This document shows, one piece after another, positions 50,259 to 60,413 of a DNA stretch of 64,000 nucleotides. Where the stretch lies: positions 20,083 through 84,082 of the forward strand of contig CAWVVV010000007.1 of NCBI GenBank assembly GCA_963933835.1, written 5' to 3'. Numbering within the stretch: position 1 is the stretch's first letter; the number at the start of each line of letters is the position of its first letter. Below the pieces are notes generated by a model. That model searched no databases, was not told the DNA's origin, and saw only the letters and a list, made by a program, of their open reading frames with translations. The translations under genes and the position numbers were made by a program. The DNA comes from an uncultured Puniceicoccaceae bacterium. GTDB lineage: Bacteria > Verrucomicrobiota > Verrucomicrobiia > Opitutales > Oceanipulchritudinaceae.

Positions 50259-52023
50259 TTCCAGAGCGCTCTTGCTCGATTTGCTTGCCGTTGGTCTGGC
50301 CATCCTGCCGGCTCAAAATACCTCCGCGGCAACTTTTGTCCTCCAGAATGCCGACGGCACAGGGTTCGGGCTCAATGACACTACGTCGGCAATCCCTGTG
50401 GGAGGGAATCTTGGAACAACGATCGGTCAACAACGCCAAAACGTCGTAATGGAAGCGGGACGTATTTGGGGCCAGTATCTTGTGAGTGACGTACCGATCA
50501 TCCTCCGCGTCGAATTTGAATCACTCAGTGGATCAATTCTGGCAGGGGCGGCCGCCGTCGATGTCGAGTCCGACTTTGCCAACGCCCCGCTACCGGACAC
50601 CTGGTATACGATTGCCCAAGCAAACAGCCTCGCGGGTTTTGATCTTCAGCCGGGAAGCCCCGACATCGGTATCACAATCAACGCGAACAACGACGACTGG
50701 TACTACGGCTTCGATAGCAATGCAGCCTTCAATCAAACCGACATGCTCGATGTCTTGCTCCACGAGATCGCCCACGGTCTAGGATTCTTCACCCTCACGA
50801 GCTCGAACGGTTTCTTTTCGCAGAATCAGCCCGATGTCTTTGCCCGCCTCTTGTTTGACCAACAACTACAGGGCAGTTGGCCGGATCTCACCACTGGCGA
50901 ACGCTTCAGCTCGGGCACCAATGGTCCCTTCCTCACCTGGCTAGGGCCAGCGACCGCCGCAGCCCAAGAGAGCATCTTGAATATCAATTTACAAAGCGTC
51001 TTCTCCCTCAACGCTTCTCTTCCCACTGGGGAACGCTACCCGCTGGCGTTCATAGCGGCCAGCTTTGGACCCGCTGCATTATCGAGCGGTTTTGAAGGCA
51101 CCCTCGTCCTCGTCAATGATGGCGTGGGCGATCCTCGCGACGCCTGCGAGACCATCGCCAATGGAAGCGCCCTCAACGGCAACATCGCCCTCATCATGCG
51201 GCAGGACTGCAATTTCGCCGACAAAGTCTTCGAAGCTCAACTGGCAGGCGCAAGCGCGGTCCTCATCTACAACAACGTCGACACCGAGATCATTCCGATG
51301 GGCTTACCCCAGGGCTTCGACGATAGCGTTTTAAATATTCCAGCTGTGGCGATCTCCCGCCTCGATAGCATCGTCCTGCTCGATGCGCTCAACCAAGGAT
51401 CGGTCACACTCACGACAGAGGCCCAATCCCCAGGAACGAACAATGGGCGTTTGCAACTCTACGCCCCGAGCTTCTTCGACGACGGCTCTTCCATCTCACA
51501 CTGGTCGACAAGCGCCTCCCCCAATCTGCTGATGGAGCCCTTCATCAATCGTAACCTTCGAGACGATCTCGACCTCACCCTCACTCTGATGAAGGACCTC
51601 GGTTGGCAAGTGCTCGACATCCCGTATCCACATCTCACCTATGACCTTTGGGTGGAAGAAACGCTCCAAGGCGAGCCGCTCGACGCGCAGGGCGACGACC
51701 CCGACAACGACGGCGTCTCAAATATCGAAGAATACTTTTTCGCCGGAGACCCAAAGGTCGTGGACCCCGACATTCTACCGCTCTTCGAAATAAAGAGTCT
51801 TAATTTTAACTACAGCTTCACCCGCTCCCTCTTGTCTTCTGACCTCAGTTATGAATTTGAAGTATCGCACAATCTTCTGACCTGGACGACGGCGGAAGAA
51901 GGCAATGACTACGGCCTCATATCCGAAGCAGCCATCGGCACTCAGGCAGAAGAAGTCACGGTTCGCATTCGAGAGGGAACTGAGCACCCATTTCTACGAC
52001 TGCGCATTTTCGCCACAGAGTGA
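50230..52023 (+). CDS. Secreted PA-domain zinc metallopeptidase with Verrucomicrobia-type C-terminal domain
   Basis: HEIAHGLG, PA domain (IALIMRQDCNF..KV..AQ.AGA), GSSISHW, LMEP, DPDNDGVSNIEEY, ...FLRL. Confidence 0.8.
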   Translation: MRPRFHRSANSRALLLDLLAVGLAILPAQNTSAATFVLQNADGTGFGLNDTTSAIPVGGNLGTTIGQQRQNVVMEAGRIWGQYLVSDVPIILRVEFESLSGSILAGAAAVDVESDFANAPLPDTWYTIAQANSLAGFDLQPGSPDIGITINANNDDWYYGFDSNAAFNQTDMLDVLLHEIAHGLGFFTLTSSNGFFSQNQPDVFARLLFDQQLQGSWPDLTTGERFSSGTNGPFLTWLGPATAAAQESILNINLQSVFSLNASLPTGERYPLAFIAASFGPAALSSGFEGTLVLVNDGVGDPRDACETIANGSALNGNIALIMRQDCNFADKVFEAQLAGASAVLIYNNVDTEIIPMGLPQGFDDSVLNIPAVAISRLDSIVLLDALNQGSVTLTTEAQSPGTNNGRLQLYAPSFFDDGSSISHWSTSASPNLLMEPFINRNLRDDLDLTLTLMKDLGWQVLDIPYPHLTYDLWVEETLQGEPLDAQGDDPDNDGVSNIEEYFFAGDPKVVDPDILPLFEIKSLNFNYSFTRSLLSSDLSYEFEVSHNLLTWTTAEEGNDYGLISEAAIGTQAEEVTVRIREGTEHPFLRLRIFATE

Positions 52024-52039
52024 GCCTTTTGAGGGGGAT

Positions 52040-52204
52040 TGTCGGAGCGGCTGCGAACTCCGTAATTCCTTGGATCATTGCCTCCGCCGAACCGCCCGAC
52101 GGCGTCGGCCAACGCTCGACGTCTCCACAGACGCGGCCTTCGACGACGTCAACGAGCGCCGCTTTAACCGAACCGCCACCGATATCGATGCCCAAGATTT
52201 CCAT
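52040..52204 (-). pseudogene. ROK-family (polyphosphate glucokinase-like) N-terminal fragment
   Basis: MEILGIDIGGGSVKAALVD....G.....R.PTP; similarity lost after about 54 aa. Confidence 0.75.
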
Positions 52205-52317
52205 ACCTTAGAGAGATCCATCCTTTTGCCGTTGTCAGCCACTGATTTCATTTCCCACAGGCCATATCCCCTCTTTCAGGTTTACTTCGGATCAAGATAC
52301 AAAAATGCTCTCAATCT

Positions 52318-52701
52318 ATGAAACTCGAACATGTTGCCCTAAATGTTAGCGACCCCATCGCGATGGCCAAGTGGTACTGTGAGCACATCGGCTTATCGAT
52401 CGTCCGTTCGTCGGAAGAAGCCCCCTTCGCTCACTTCCTCACCGATGAGAGCCGAGACAGTATGATTGAGATCTACTGCAACCCACCTGACGCCGTCCCC
52501 GACTACGCTTCTTTGGATCCCCTCGTCGTTCATCTCGCCTTCACTTCAGAGGATCCCATCGCCGACAAAGCCCGCCTCGAAAAAGCAGGCGCTACATTTG
52601 CACTTGAAACGAGAACAAACACCGGCGGCCACCTCGTCATGATACGTGATCCCTGGGGCCTCTGCGTCCAACTCTGCAAGCGCGGCTCCAAGATGCTGTA
52701 G
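52318..52701 (+). CDS. VOC/glyoxalase family protein
   Basis: EHVALNV, IEIY, HLAF, RDPWG. Confidence 0.9.
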   Translation: MKLEHVALNVSDPIAMAKWYCEHIGLSIVRSSEEAPFAHFLTDESRDSMIEIYCNPPDAVPDYASLDPLVVHLAFTSEDPIADKARLEKAGATFALETRTNTGGHLVMIRDPWGLCVQLCKRGSKML

Positions 52702-52820
52702 CACATTCGCGGCATAGCAGAGTTCACAACCCTATGATGACTTCGCCCTATCGGGCTTTCATCCCTTAGTCCCAGTTTTGGATACATAAAGCCGAATTGC
52801 CCCATGATTACCGGAAGGAC

Positions 52821-54311
52821 ATGATCGACGATCTCAACACCCTCTTTGTCTGTGCGACAAAACGAAGCGGCAGCACCTATATCTGCCGGTGGATGGCGCA
52901 GCAACCGGACCTGCCCTATGTCCGGGAATGGTTCCAGGCCTTTCAGATCAATGAGTCTCGCCGAAGTTACGGCCTGCCCCAAAACGTGCCGTTAGAGACG
53001 CTCATTGCAGAGATCCGGGAAAAAGAAAAAGAGGGCAACTGGTTTGGGATTAAAATCATGTGGGACAACCTCGTGGGCATCCTGAAAAAACGGACTGACC
53101 CGCGCTACAAGGAAGCCTCCCTTGAGGAACTCGTGAAGGCCTATTTCCCGAACGCGAAGTTCATCTGGATAACACGGGGAAACAAGGCGGCGCAGGCTGT
53201 CTCCCTCGTGAAGGCGCTCCAGACGGGCGTCTGGGAAGTGCGTCCGAATGGGCCAAAGCCCAAGCCGCGGGATCACACCCTGCGCTACAGTTTCCTCGGC
53301 CTCGAAGAGCAGCGAGAGATTGTCGCCGAAGAGGAGAACCAATGGGCGAGTTTCTTTGAGGAAGCCGGTATCGAACCGCTCAAGATTTCTTACGAAGCCT
53401 TTAAGGCGGATCCGCCAAAATACATCGCGCACATTCGTGAATTGATGGGGCTCGATCCAGCGGCTGAAGCGATACCCCCGAAAGCCGAAAAAGAAGTCGC
53501 CAAGACTCACGACGCGACGAACCGAATTTGGCTCGAAAAGCACGCCAGCGATCAGGCGATGCTCGAGAGCGCAATCTCACCACAGGCAGCCCTCGCCCCA
53601 CCCCGTATTACCGGAGTCAGGCCACTAATCGAGGCGAAGAAACACCCTGAGCCAGAGCTCAATTGGGAATGTGAAGTGTCGTTTGCTAACGAAAACCCTG
53701 TGCCGTATCATAGGAGAGATGGCGCATCATCAGACGATTGGCCCCGGCTGACTGCACACTGGCGTGAAAAGCTAACCGGGAAGGTCACACTCACAGACAT
53801 TCAAGAACTCCCTCAAGACATCCCGCCCGGCTTAACAACGAGCCCACTCATTCTCATCGCACCTTCCCAGCCCGGGCACTACGAGCTGACGCTAACAATT
53901 GAGGCCGCCGCAGGAGATACTCCAGCTTTCACTGCCGACATCGATTGCAATTATCCAAAGCCGCTCGACGCGCTCTACAAGCTTGTCGGGGAATTCGAGA
54001 ACTACCATGGCGAGTGGATTTGCTCCCCGTGGTTTGGGTTTATTTTCGTTCCTGAATACCCGTGGATTTACCACGACATACATGGGTGGCTCGAATGTCC
54101 GCAGGAAGATACCGACGATGCCTCAGACGAACTCACTTTCAGTGACGCCGGTCTCGGGACTTGGACCACCACTCGCCACGGCTACCCACTGATTCACCAC
54201 AAGCAGACGGGCAAGACGCTTAAGTTTCTCCGTGTTGATGACGATCAACGCATCTTCGCAGATGAAAACGGAGTCGAAATCAACGCAGTCAAGACCATCG
54301 CCAGCGACTAA
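52821..54311 (+). CDS. Stf0-family sulfotransferase + Ig-like domain + Trp-rich C-terminal module
   Basis: KRSGST PAPS loop, GIKIMW, R.N..AQAVS..KA.QT..W, YE; AP..PG.Y.L; SPWFG...YPWIYH..HGW. Confidence 0.82.
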   Translation: MIDDLNTLFVCATKRSGSTYICRWMAQQPDLPYVREWFQAFQINESRRSYGLPQNVPLETLIAEIREKEKEGNWFGIKIMWDNLVGILKKRTDPRYKEASLEELVKAYFPNAKFIWITRGNKAAQAVSLVKALQTGVWEVRPNGPKPKPRDHTLRYSFLGLEEQREIVAEEENQWASFFEEAGIEPLKISYEAFKADPPKYIAHIRELMGLDPAAEAIPPKAEKEVAKTHDATNRIWLEKHASDQAMLESAISPQAALAPPRITGVRPLIEAKKHPEPELNWECEVSFANENPVPYHRRDGASSDDWPRLTAHWREKLTGKVTLTDIQELPQDIPPGLTTSPLILIAPSQPGHYELTLTIEAAAGDTPAFTADIDCNYPKPLDALYKLVGEFENYHGEWICSPWFGFIFVPEYPWIYHDIHGWLECPQEDTDDASDELTFSDAGLGTWTTTRHGYPLIHHKQTGKTLKFLRVDDDQRIFADENGVEINAVKTIASD

Positions 54312-54399
54312 CCTGCGAGGAGCGTAGGCAGTATTGAACAAACCATTGCCCAAAGATATCTTACTGTTATCTTAAGCACCCTTAACTCTCAGTCTCTTT

Positions 54400-55167
54400 A
54401 TGAAAAAACTCCTAATTATTTTAGCTATTCTGGCGGTCGTCTTCATCGGACTCGTCTACTTCGTCGGCGGGGCGTCCTTGAACAAAGGCATTCAAGCCGC
54501 TACCCTGAAATTCGGCCCACCGCTCACTGGAACAGAGATCGAGCTAGCAGGTGTTCACATCTCCCCTCTCAGTGGTAGTGGTGTGATATCCGGGCTACTC
54601 ATCGGTAATCCTGAAGGCTTTAAAACCGAGAAAGCATTCAGCGTAACAAAAATGGAGATCAAGCTCTCCCCCAAATCTCTTCTCAGCGATACGATCGAAA
54701 TCGAACGTATCCTTATCGACGCTCCTGAGATCATTCTCGAGCGGGCGAATGGGACCACTAACCTCCAGCAGATTCAGGACAACATCGCCGCAGCCACAGC
54801 TTCTGGCGACTCAGAGGATCCAGAAGCAGACGAGGTTCCTGCTGAAGAAGGAGAACCGATTAAGCTTTCGATCAAGGAGTTCGTTTTGAGCAATGCCAAC
54901 GTCTCTGTATCCATTCTCGGACAAAGCCAGTCGCTGAACCTTCCTACACTTCGTCTGACAGACCTTGGGACTGAGCAGGGCGGAGTTTCGCCCGACGAAA
55001 TCGCGAAGGAAGTCATGAAGGCCATCACCCGAGCGGTGGGCCAAGCGGTTGCAGACATGGGCACCAAAGCACTTCAATCTCCAGACCTCATCAACGATGT
55101 GAGCGAAAAGCTGGGTGGCTTCCTCAACAGGAAAGACAAAGAAGAAGAACCTGCGAACGCCGAGTAA
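54400..55167 (+). CDS. AsmA-family/DUF748-like protein
   Basis: N-terminal TM, GNPEGF, I.I..I.I..PEI..E....NL. Confidence 0.7.
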   Translation: MKKLLIILAILAVVFIGLVYFVGGASLNKGIQAATLKFGPPLTGTEIELAGVHISPLSGSGVISGLLIGNPEGFKTEKAFSVTKMEIKLSPKSLLSDTIEIERILIDAPEIILERANGTTNLQQIQDNIAAATASGDSEDPEADEVPAEEGEPIKLSIKEFVLSNANVSVSILGQSQSLNLPTLRLTDLGTEQGGVSPDEIAKEVMKAITRAVGQAVADMGTKALQSPDLINDVSEKLGGFLNRKDKEEEPANAE

Positions 55168-55188
55168 TCGGCATCAACAGATTTGAGT

Positions 55189-55228
55189 AAAAAGAAAGCG
55201 CAACCAGAACCCTGGTTGCGCTTTTTCT
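55189..55228. terminator. Bidirectional rho-independent terminator
   Basis: aaagcgcaaccag-aacc-ctggttgcgcttt with A/T tracts between convergent genes. Confidence 0.85.
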
Positions 55229-55271
55229 ATAAAGCTATCTGAGGCGAGAAACTCGCCTGCTCGCGAACTGC

Positions 55272-55580
55272 TTAAACGTTGATCGCGATATCGACGCCGG
55301 CCGGGAGGTTCAGCTTCTTAAGCTCGTCAACCGTCTGGGCTGTCGGCTCGACGATGTCGATCAAGCGCTTGTGTGTGCGTTGCTCGAACTGCTCCATCGC
55401 CTTCTTATTTACGTGAACAGAGCTGTTGACCGAGAGCTTCTCGATCTTCGTTGGCAAAGGCACGGGACCCGCAACACGGGCGCCGGAGCGCTTTGCTGTA
55501 TCGACGATGTCCGCCGCGCTTTGGTCAATGATGCGATAGTCGTAGCCTTGAAGGCGAATGCGTATGCGTGGTCCACTCAT
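55272..55580 (-). CDS. rpsJ: 30S ribosomal protein S10
   Basis: [23 protein letters not shown]. Confidence 0.97.
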   Translation of the reverse strand: MSGPRIRIRLQGYDYRIIDQSAADIVDTAKRSGARVAGPVPLPTKIEKLSVNSSVHVNKKAMEQFEQRTHKRLIDIVEPTAQTVDELKKLNLPAGVDIAINV

Positions 55581-55623
55581 AATATAAAGAACGAAGTTTG
55601 GGTTTTAGTTACTTGAGAGAAAG

Positions 55624-57789
55624 TTAAGCGCGCGCAGGTGCACGGCCAGTTGTTTGTACGATTTTATTGAGAACATTCTGCGGAACCTCTTCAAATTGGT
55701 CCGGCTCCATCGAATAAGAGGCGCGGCCCTTGGAAAGAGAGCGCACATCCGTGGCGTAGCCAAACATCGCCTCGAGCGGCACTTGGGCAGAAATTTTTGT
55801 CAGGCTACCTTTTGCAGTGATTCCATGAATCACTCCGCGACGACGGTTGAGATCTCCGACGATGTCACCCTGATATTCGTCGGGCGTCTCGACCTCGACC
55901 TTCATGATCGGTTCGAGCATGACAGGTGAAGCGGCGTCCATCGCTTCGCGGAAAGCAAAAATACCTGCCATTCGGAAAGCCATTTCCGACGAATCAACGT
56001 CGTGAAAGGAACCACTAATGAGGCGGACTTTAATATCAACGACAGGATATCCAGCCACAACACCAGTGAGTAAGGCCTCTTTGATCCCCTCTTCAGTTGG
56101 CTTGATGAATTCCTTCGGAATCACGCCAGCTAGAATCTCGTTGGAGAACTCGTAGCCTTTGCCACGTCCGTTGGGTTCGATTTTGATGACCGCGTGGCCA
56201 TACTGTCCGTTGCCACCAGACTGACGGACAAATTTGTGGTCACCATCGCCGATGGCGCGAATCGTTTCGCGATAGGATATCTGCGGTTTACCGACGGCTG
56301 CTCCAACTTTGAATTCGCGCAGGAGGCGGTCACGGATGATGTCGAGGTGCAGCTCGCCCATACCTGAGATGATCGTCTGCCCTGTTTCTTGGTCGGTGTT
56401 GACCGCAAAAGTAGGGTCCTCTTCCGCCAGACGCTGAAGCGCGAGCGACATTTTTTCCTGATCTGCAGTGGTCGCAGGCTCAACTGACATCGAAATGACC
56501 GGCTCCGGAAATGTGGGTGGCTCTAGAACGATATCCAATCCCTTTGCTACAAGCGTATCACCCGTGCGCACATCCTTGGGCCCAATCAGCGCCACAATGT
56601 CGCCCGAATAGGCAACATCGATGTCCTCACGGCGATCCGCGTGCATCACGACGAGCCGACTTATACGCTCAGTTTTTCCGGTGCGTTGATTGATCAGAGC
56701 AGCTCCCTTTTTGAGACTCCCCTGATACAACCGAAAGAACACGAGGCGACCCGTGAAGGGATCCGTAAAAAGCTTAAAGACTAATCCTGCGAGCGGCTTA
56801 GCATCGTCAGGCGAGACCACGAGTGTCTTGGACTCATCGTTGAGCGACATTCCCTTTTGCGGCGGGATATCAAGCGGGCTTGGCAGATAATCAACGACCG
56901 CATTGATCAGCCGTTGAACCCCTTTATTTTTAAAGGCTGATCCGGGCAAAACACCCACAACTGAATGCGTAAGGGTCGCCGCGCGAATCGCTATACGCAG
57001 TTCGTCCTCCGAGATCTCTTCGCCTTCGAGATATTTATCGGCCACACCATCGTCGACCGATGCAATCTCCTCGATGAGCTTCTCGCGGTATTTCGCTGCC
57101 TCTTCGGCGTGCTCAGCGGGGATCTCCTCTTCAGCAAATCGCGTCCCTTGGCCCTCCTCTTCGTAATGGATGGCCTTCATCGTCACGAGATCGATCAGAC
57201 CCCGAAAGTTCTCTTCGGCCCCGATCGGCAAGAAGAGTGGCAACGCATTGGCACCGAGCTTTTCGCGAATTTCCTCAACTGCAGCGAGGAAGTTGGCACC
57301 GGTGCGGTCCATCTTGTTTACAAAACAGATGCGTGGAACGCTATACTTGTCCATCTGCCGCCAGACCGTCTCGGACTGAGGTTGGACACCCGCAACTGCG
57401 CAGAAAACGGCTACAGCGCCATCTAAGACTTTCAGTGAGCGCTCTACTTCCGCAGTGAAATCAACGTGCCCGGGCGTATCGATGATGTTGATGCGGTGCT
57501 CAATGCCCGCAAACGGCCCTTCCGCATTCGTCCATTCAGTCGAAATGGCAGCCGAAGTGATCGTAATACCACGCTCACGTTCCTGTTCCATCCAGTCCGT
57601 TGTAGCGGAGCCTTCATGAACTTCACCGATCTTATGGATCTTGCCGGTGTAAAACAGGATACGCTCAGTCGTCGTCGTCTTGCCCGCATCAATGTGAGCA
57701 GCGATTCCAATATTTCTCTGGAATTCAAGCGGCGACAAACGATCGGCTGAGTTAGCCGGCGAAAGTGAGGTATCCTCAGCAAAAGCCAT
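55624..57789 (-). CDS. fusA: Elongation factor G
   Basis: [37 protein letters not shown]. Confidence 0.97.
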   Translation of the reverse strand: MAFAEDTSLSPANSADRLSPLEFQRNIGIAAHIDAGKTTTTERILFYTGKIHKIGEVHEGSATTDWMEQERERGITITSAAISTEWTNAEGPFAGIEHRINIIDTPGHVDFTAEVERSLKVLDGAVAVFCAVAGVQPQSETVWRQMDKYSVPRICFVNKMDRTGANFLAAVEEIREKLGANALPLFLPIGAEENFRGLIDLVTMKAIHYEEEGQGTRFAEEEIPAEHAEEAAKYREKLIEEIASVDDGVADKYLEGEEISEDELRIAIRAATLTHSVVGVLPGSAFKNKGVQRLINAVVDYLPSPLDIPPQKGMSLNDESKTLVVSPDDAKPLAGLVFKLFTDPFTGRLVFFRLYQGSLKKGAALINQRTGKTERISRLVVMHADRREDIDVAYSGDIVALIGPKDVRTGDTLVAKGLDIVLEPPTFPEPVISMSVEPATTADQEKMSLALQRLAEEDPTFAVNTDQETGQTIISGMGELHLDIIRDRLLREFKVGAAVGKPQISYRETIRAIGDGDHKFVRQSGGNGQYGHAVIKIEPNGRGKGYEFSNEILAGVIPKEFIKPTEEGIKEALLTGVVAGYPVVDIKVRLISGSFHDVDSSEMAFRMAGIFAFREAMDAASPVMLEPIMKVEVETPDEYQGDIVGDLNRRRGVIHGITAKGSLTKISAQVPLEAMFGYATDVRSLSKGRASYSMEPDQFEEVPQNVLNKIVQTTGRAPARA

Positions 57790-57864
57790 AATCGTAAACG
57801 TGCTTGAATTAAAAAGAACAATGAAAGTCCGCCCGATCAGGGACGGATCACGGGCGAACGCCCG

Positions 57865-58335
57865 CTACCAACGAAGGTGTGCAAAGGCGCGATTCGCCTG
57901 AGCCATCCGGTGCATGTCGTCTTTTTTCTTAACGACCACACCCGTGTTATTGTAAGCGTCGAGAATCTCAGCAGCGAGGTTCTCATGCATCGAGCCGCGA
58001 CGACTGCGAGCAGCCCCCACAAGCCAGCGAAAAGCAAGGCTCTGTTGACGCTCAAAAGGAATTTCCAAAGGCACTTGGTAAGTTGTTCCACCTACGCGGC
58101 GGCTCTTCACTTCGAGCTTTGGACGAATGTTCTCCAATGACCCCAAGATAAGGTCGATTGGATCGCCCTTCTCGAGTTTTTCACTCACGCGCTCGAAAGC
58201 ACCATAAACGATCTTTTGAGCGATACTCTTCTTGCCGTCATTCATGACGACATTGATGAGGTGGCTCACGAGTGGACTATTATAACGGGAGTCCGGCAAA
58301 TGCTGGCGCTTTTCAGCTCTACGACGACGTGACAT
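57865..58335 (-). CDS. rpsG: 30S ribosomal protein S7
   Basis: GKKS.A, RRVGG.TYQVP, HRMA.ANRAFAH. Confidence 0.97.
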   Translation of the reverse strand: MSRRRRAEKRQHLPDSRYNSPLVSHLINVVMNDGKKSIAQKIVYGAFERVSEKLEKGDPIDLILGSLENIRPKLEVKSRRVGGTTYQVPLEIPFERQQSLAFRWLVGAARSRRGSMHENLAAEILDAYNNTGVVVKKKDDMHRMAQANRAFAHLRW

Positions 58336-58358
58336 GGGAAAATGGGATCAGTTGATGA

Positions 58359-58739
58359 TTACTTACTAGCTTTAGGACGCTTTACGCCATACTTCGAGCG
58401 GCTGCGGCGGCGCTTATCAACACCTGTGCAGTCTAGGGTACCACGAACGATGTGGTAACGAACACCTGGAAGATCCTTAACACGACCACCACGCACGAGA
58501 ACAACACTGTGCTCCTGTAGGCTGTGGCCTTCGTCAGGGATGTAAGCGATGACCTCAAATCCACTCGTAAGACGCACCTTAGCTACCTTACGAATAGCCG
58601 AGTTCGGCTTTTTCGGGGTGCGGGTCATGACTTGGGTGCAAACACCACGGCGGAAAGGGTTAGCCTTCAGCGCAGGCGATTTGCTCTTCTCGGCCTGAGC
58701 GGCACGAGGACGGCGTACGAGTTGATTGATGGTTGGCAT
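58359..58739 (-). CDS. rpsL: 30S ribosomal protein S12
   Basis: [27 protein letters not shown]. Confidence 0.98.
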   Translation of the reverse strand: MPTINQLVRRPRAAQAEKSKSPALKANPFRRGVCTQVMTRTPKKPNSAIRKVAKVRLTSGFEVIAYIPDEGHSLQEHSVVLVRGGRVKDLPGVRYHIVRGTLDCTGVDKRRRSRSKYGVKRPKASK

Positions 58740-58877
58740 CTGGAAAGGGCTCGAAATCTAGAGAAAAACGGAGAAAAGATGCTTAATCCGAAGGCGAAGC
58801 AAGCCTTTTCACATAAAAATCTCCACCCATTTAACCTGAATCATGGCCAACCCCTCCTAGGCCCCCACAAACACTCA

Positions 58878-60342
58878 TTATTTTTGCGCCTTTAGCCGGG
58901 ACTCTTTCAGTTCATCTACCAGCTCAGGCAATCGAATCCAGCGCTCTTCATCCATCAATTTAAAGAGTGGATACTGCTTTGAATTCGTCCAGATCCATCC
59001 GAAAGACGGAGCATTAAAGAAATAGGAGTCCTCTGACGCCCCAGGACCACTGCACCAAACCACGCCAAGCCCTGAATGCGTAATCTTCGGAAATTCACTC
59101 ACGTCAGCGCGCCCAAACCAGCCACTCATGGCGCCCTCTAATTGACCCGATACTCCGAAGTATTCAGCCGCTTTGGCACCGACCTCACCTGCCCATGCCT
59201 CTACTTTGGCTTCGGTCACCGTTCCTAAAAGGCCTCCATTCGAACCCCTTGCGAGGTAAACCCTCAATCGGTAATCTCCAGGCGCTTTAGGGGTAGATAT
59301 GACAATGCCAGCCTCAATCGAACTATTCGGATCCACCGGTTCCTCCAGCGGAATCGCATTCAGACCATACTCTTGGAGCGCTGGATCTGTCACATCGACG
59401 CCACTCCCATCGCTCCACCCATACTTTAAGACCAGCCAATCGCTCGCATCCAATTTCCCAAAGGGCTCTAACCCTTCTGGACCATCGCTATGGAGCCTCG
59501 CCTTACAACAGACTTTCGTATTCGCGCCCACACTTAATGGCAAATTCAAAAGCTCGATAGCAGCATCAATTTTCGAATCTTCGACAGCAGCTCTCTTCCC
59601 TCCATCTTTCAACCCGTTCTGCAGGGTCTCGAACTGACTAGACCAACTGGCATTGATGCTGTCCGCCATTTTGGTATGAATATTCTTAGACGGATCCACT
59701 TCTCCGTCTAATTCGATGCCGCAGTGGTCTAAAACTTTTTCCACCGTCCCAACGTAGTCCGAGATGAATTCTTCGTAACAAACCTCGAAACTAGGAATTT
59801 TATTCTCCTCGAAGAATGCCGCCCAGGCCGCCTCCTCCGCTTCTATTGTCTGGAGGTATTTGAAAATCGATGAATAAGAAAAGAAAAGGGTGTCCGCATC
59901 TAGACGCCTATTCTTCTGCGTATTTGACCACTTATTCGACTGGAGCGCCTTCGCAAATGACACTGCCTGCTGGAGGCGATTTCGGCGGTGAATTCGAATG
60001 AAATAGGGCTGCGGAAAAACTTCCTTGAGCGCCTTGTATGGATCAATCTCACCCTTCGCCGTAAGACTAGGGAGTTTCGCTAGATCGGCCAGCATGAGCT
60101 TGATCCCAAACACCCCGTTCGGCGTTTGCTCAGCCTCTTGAACCCCCAAAAAATAATCCTTCAAGCTGAGTTCATCTGTGCGGTACTTGACCTTTTTGTC
60201 CGGATTCAAGCCTTCCGGAGTGCAACCACTCATCGAAGCGCCCCGCCTTCCACGTCGCGGCCAGCGCATGACAAAAGAAACTGCTTCCAGTGCGTGGAAG
60301 CGCACAAACAAGGATTGATTTTTTGGGTCGTGAATCTGACAC
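58878..60342 (-). pseudogene. Second Stf0-family sulfotransferase + Ig-like + Trp-rich module, frameshifted near 60200-60230
   Basis: GTG at 60342 gives SILVCALPRTGSSFFCHAL...DEW, stop at 60172; the remainder (TPNGVFGIKLM, QAVSFAKA, SGWFG, FGWIWT..YP) is in another frame. Confidence 0.8.
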
Positions 60343-60413
60343 AACGTGCTAGAGCTTGCGATTCAGGACAACAAGATGGAGAGAAGCAATAAGATTCTTC
60401 CGCATTCACTTTA

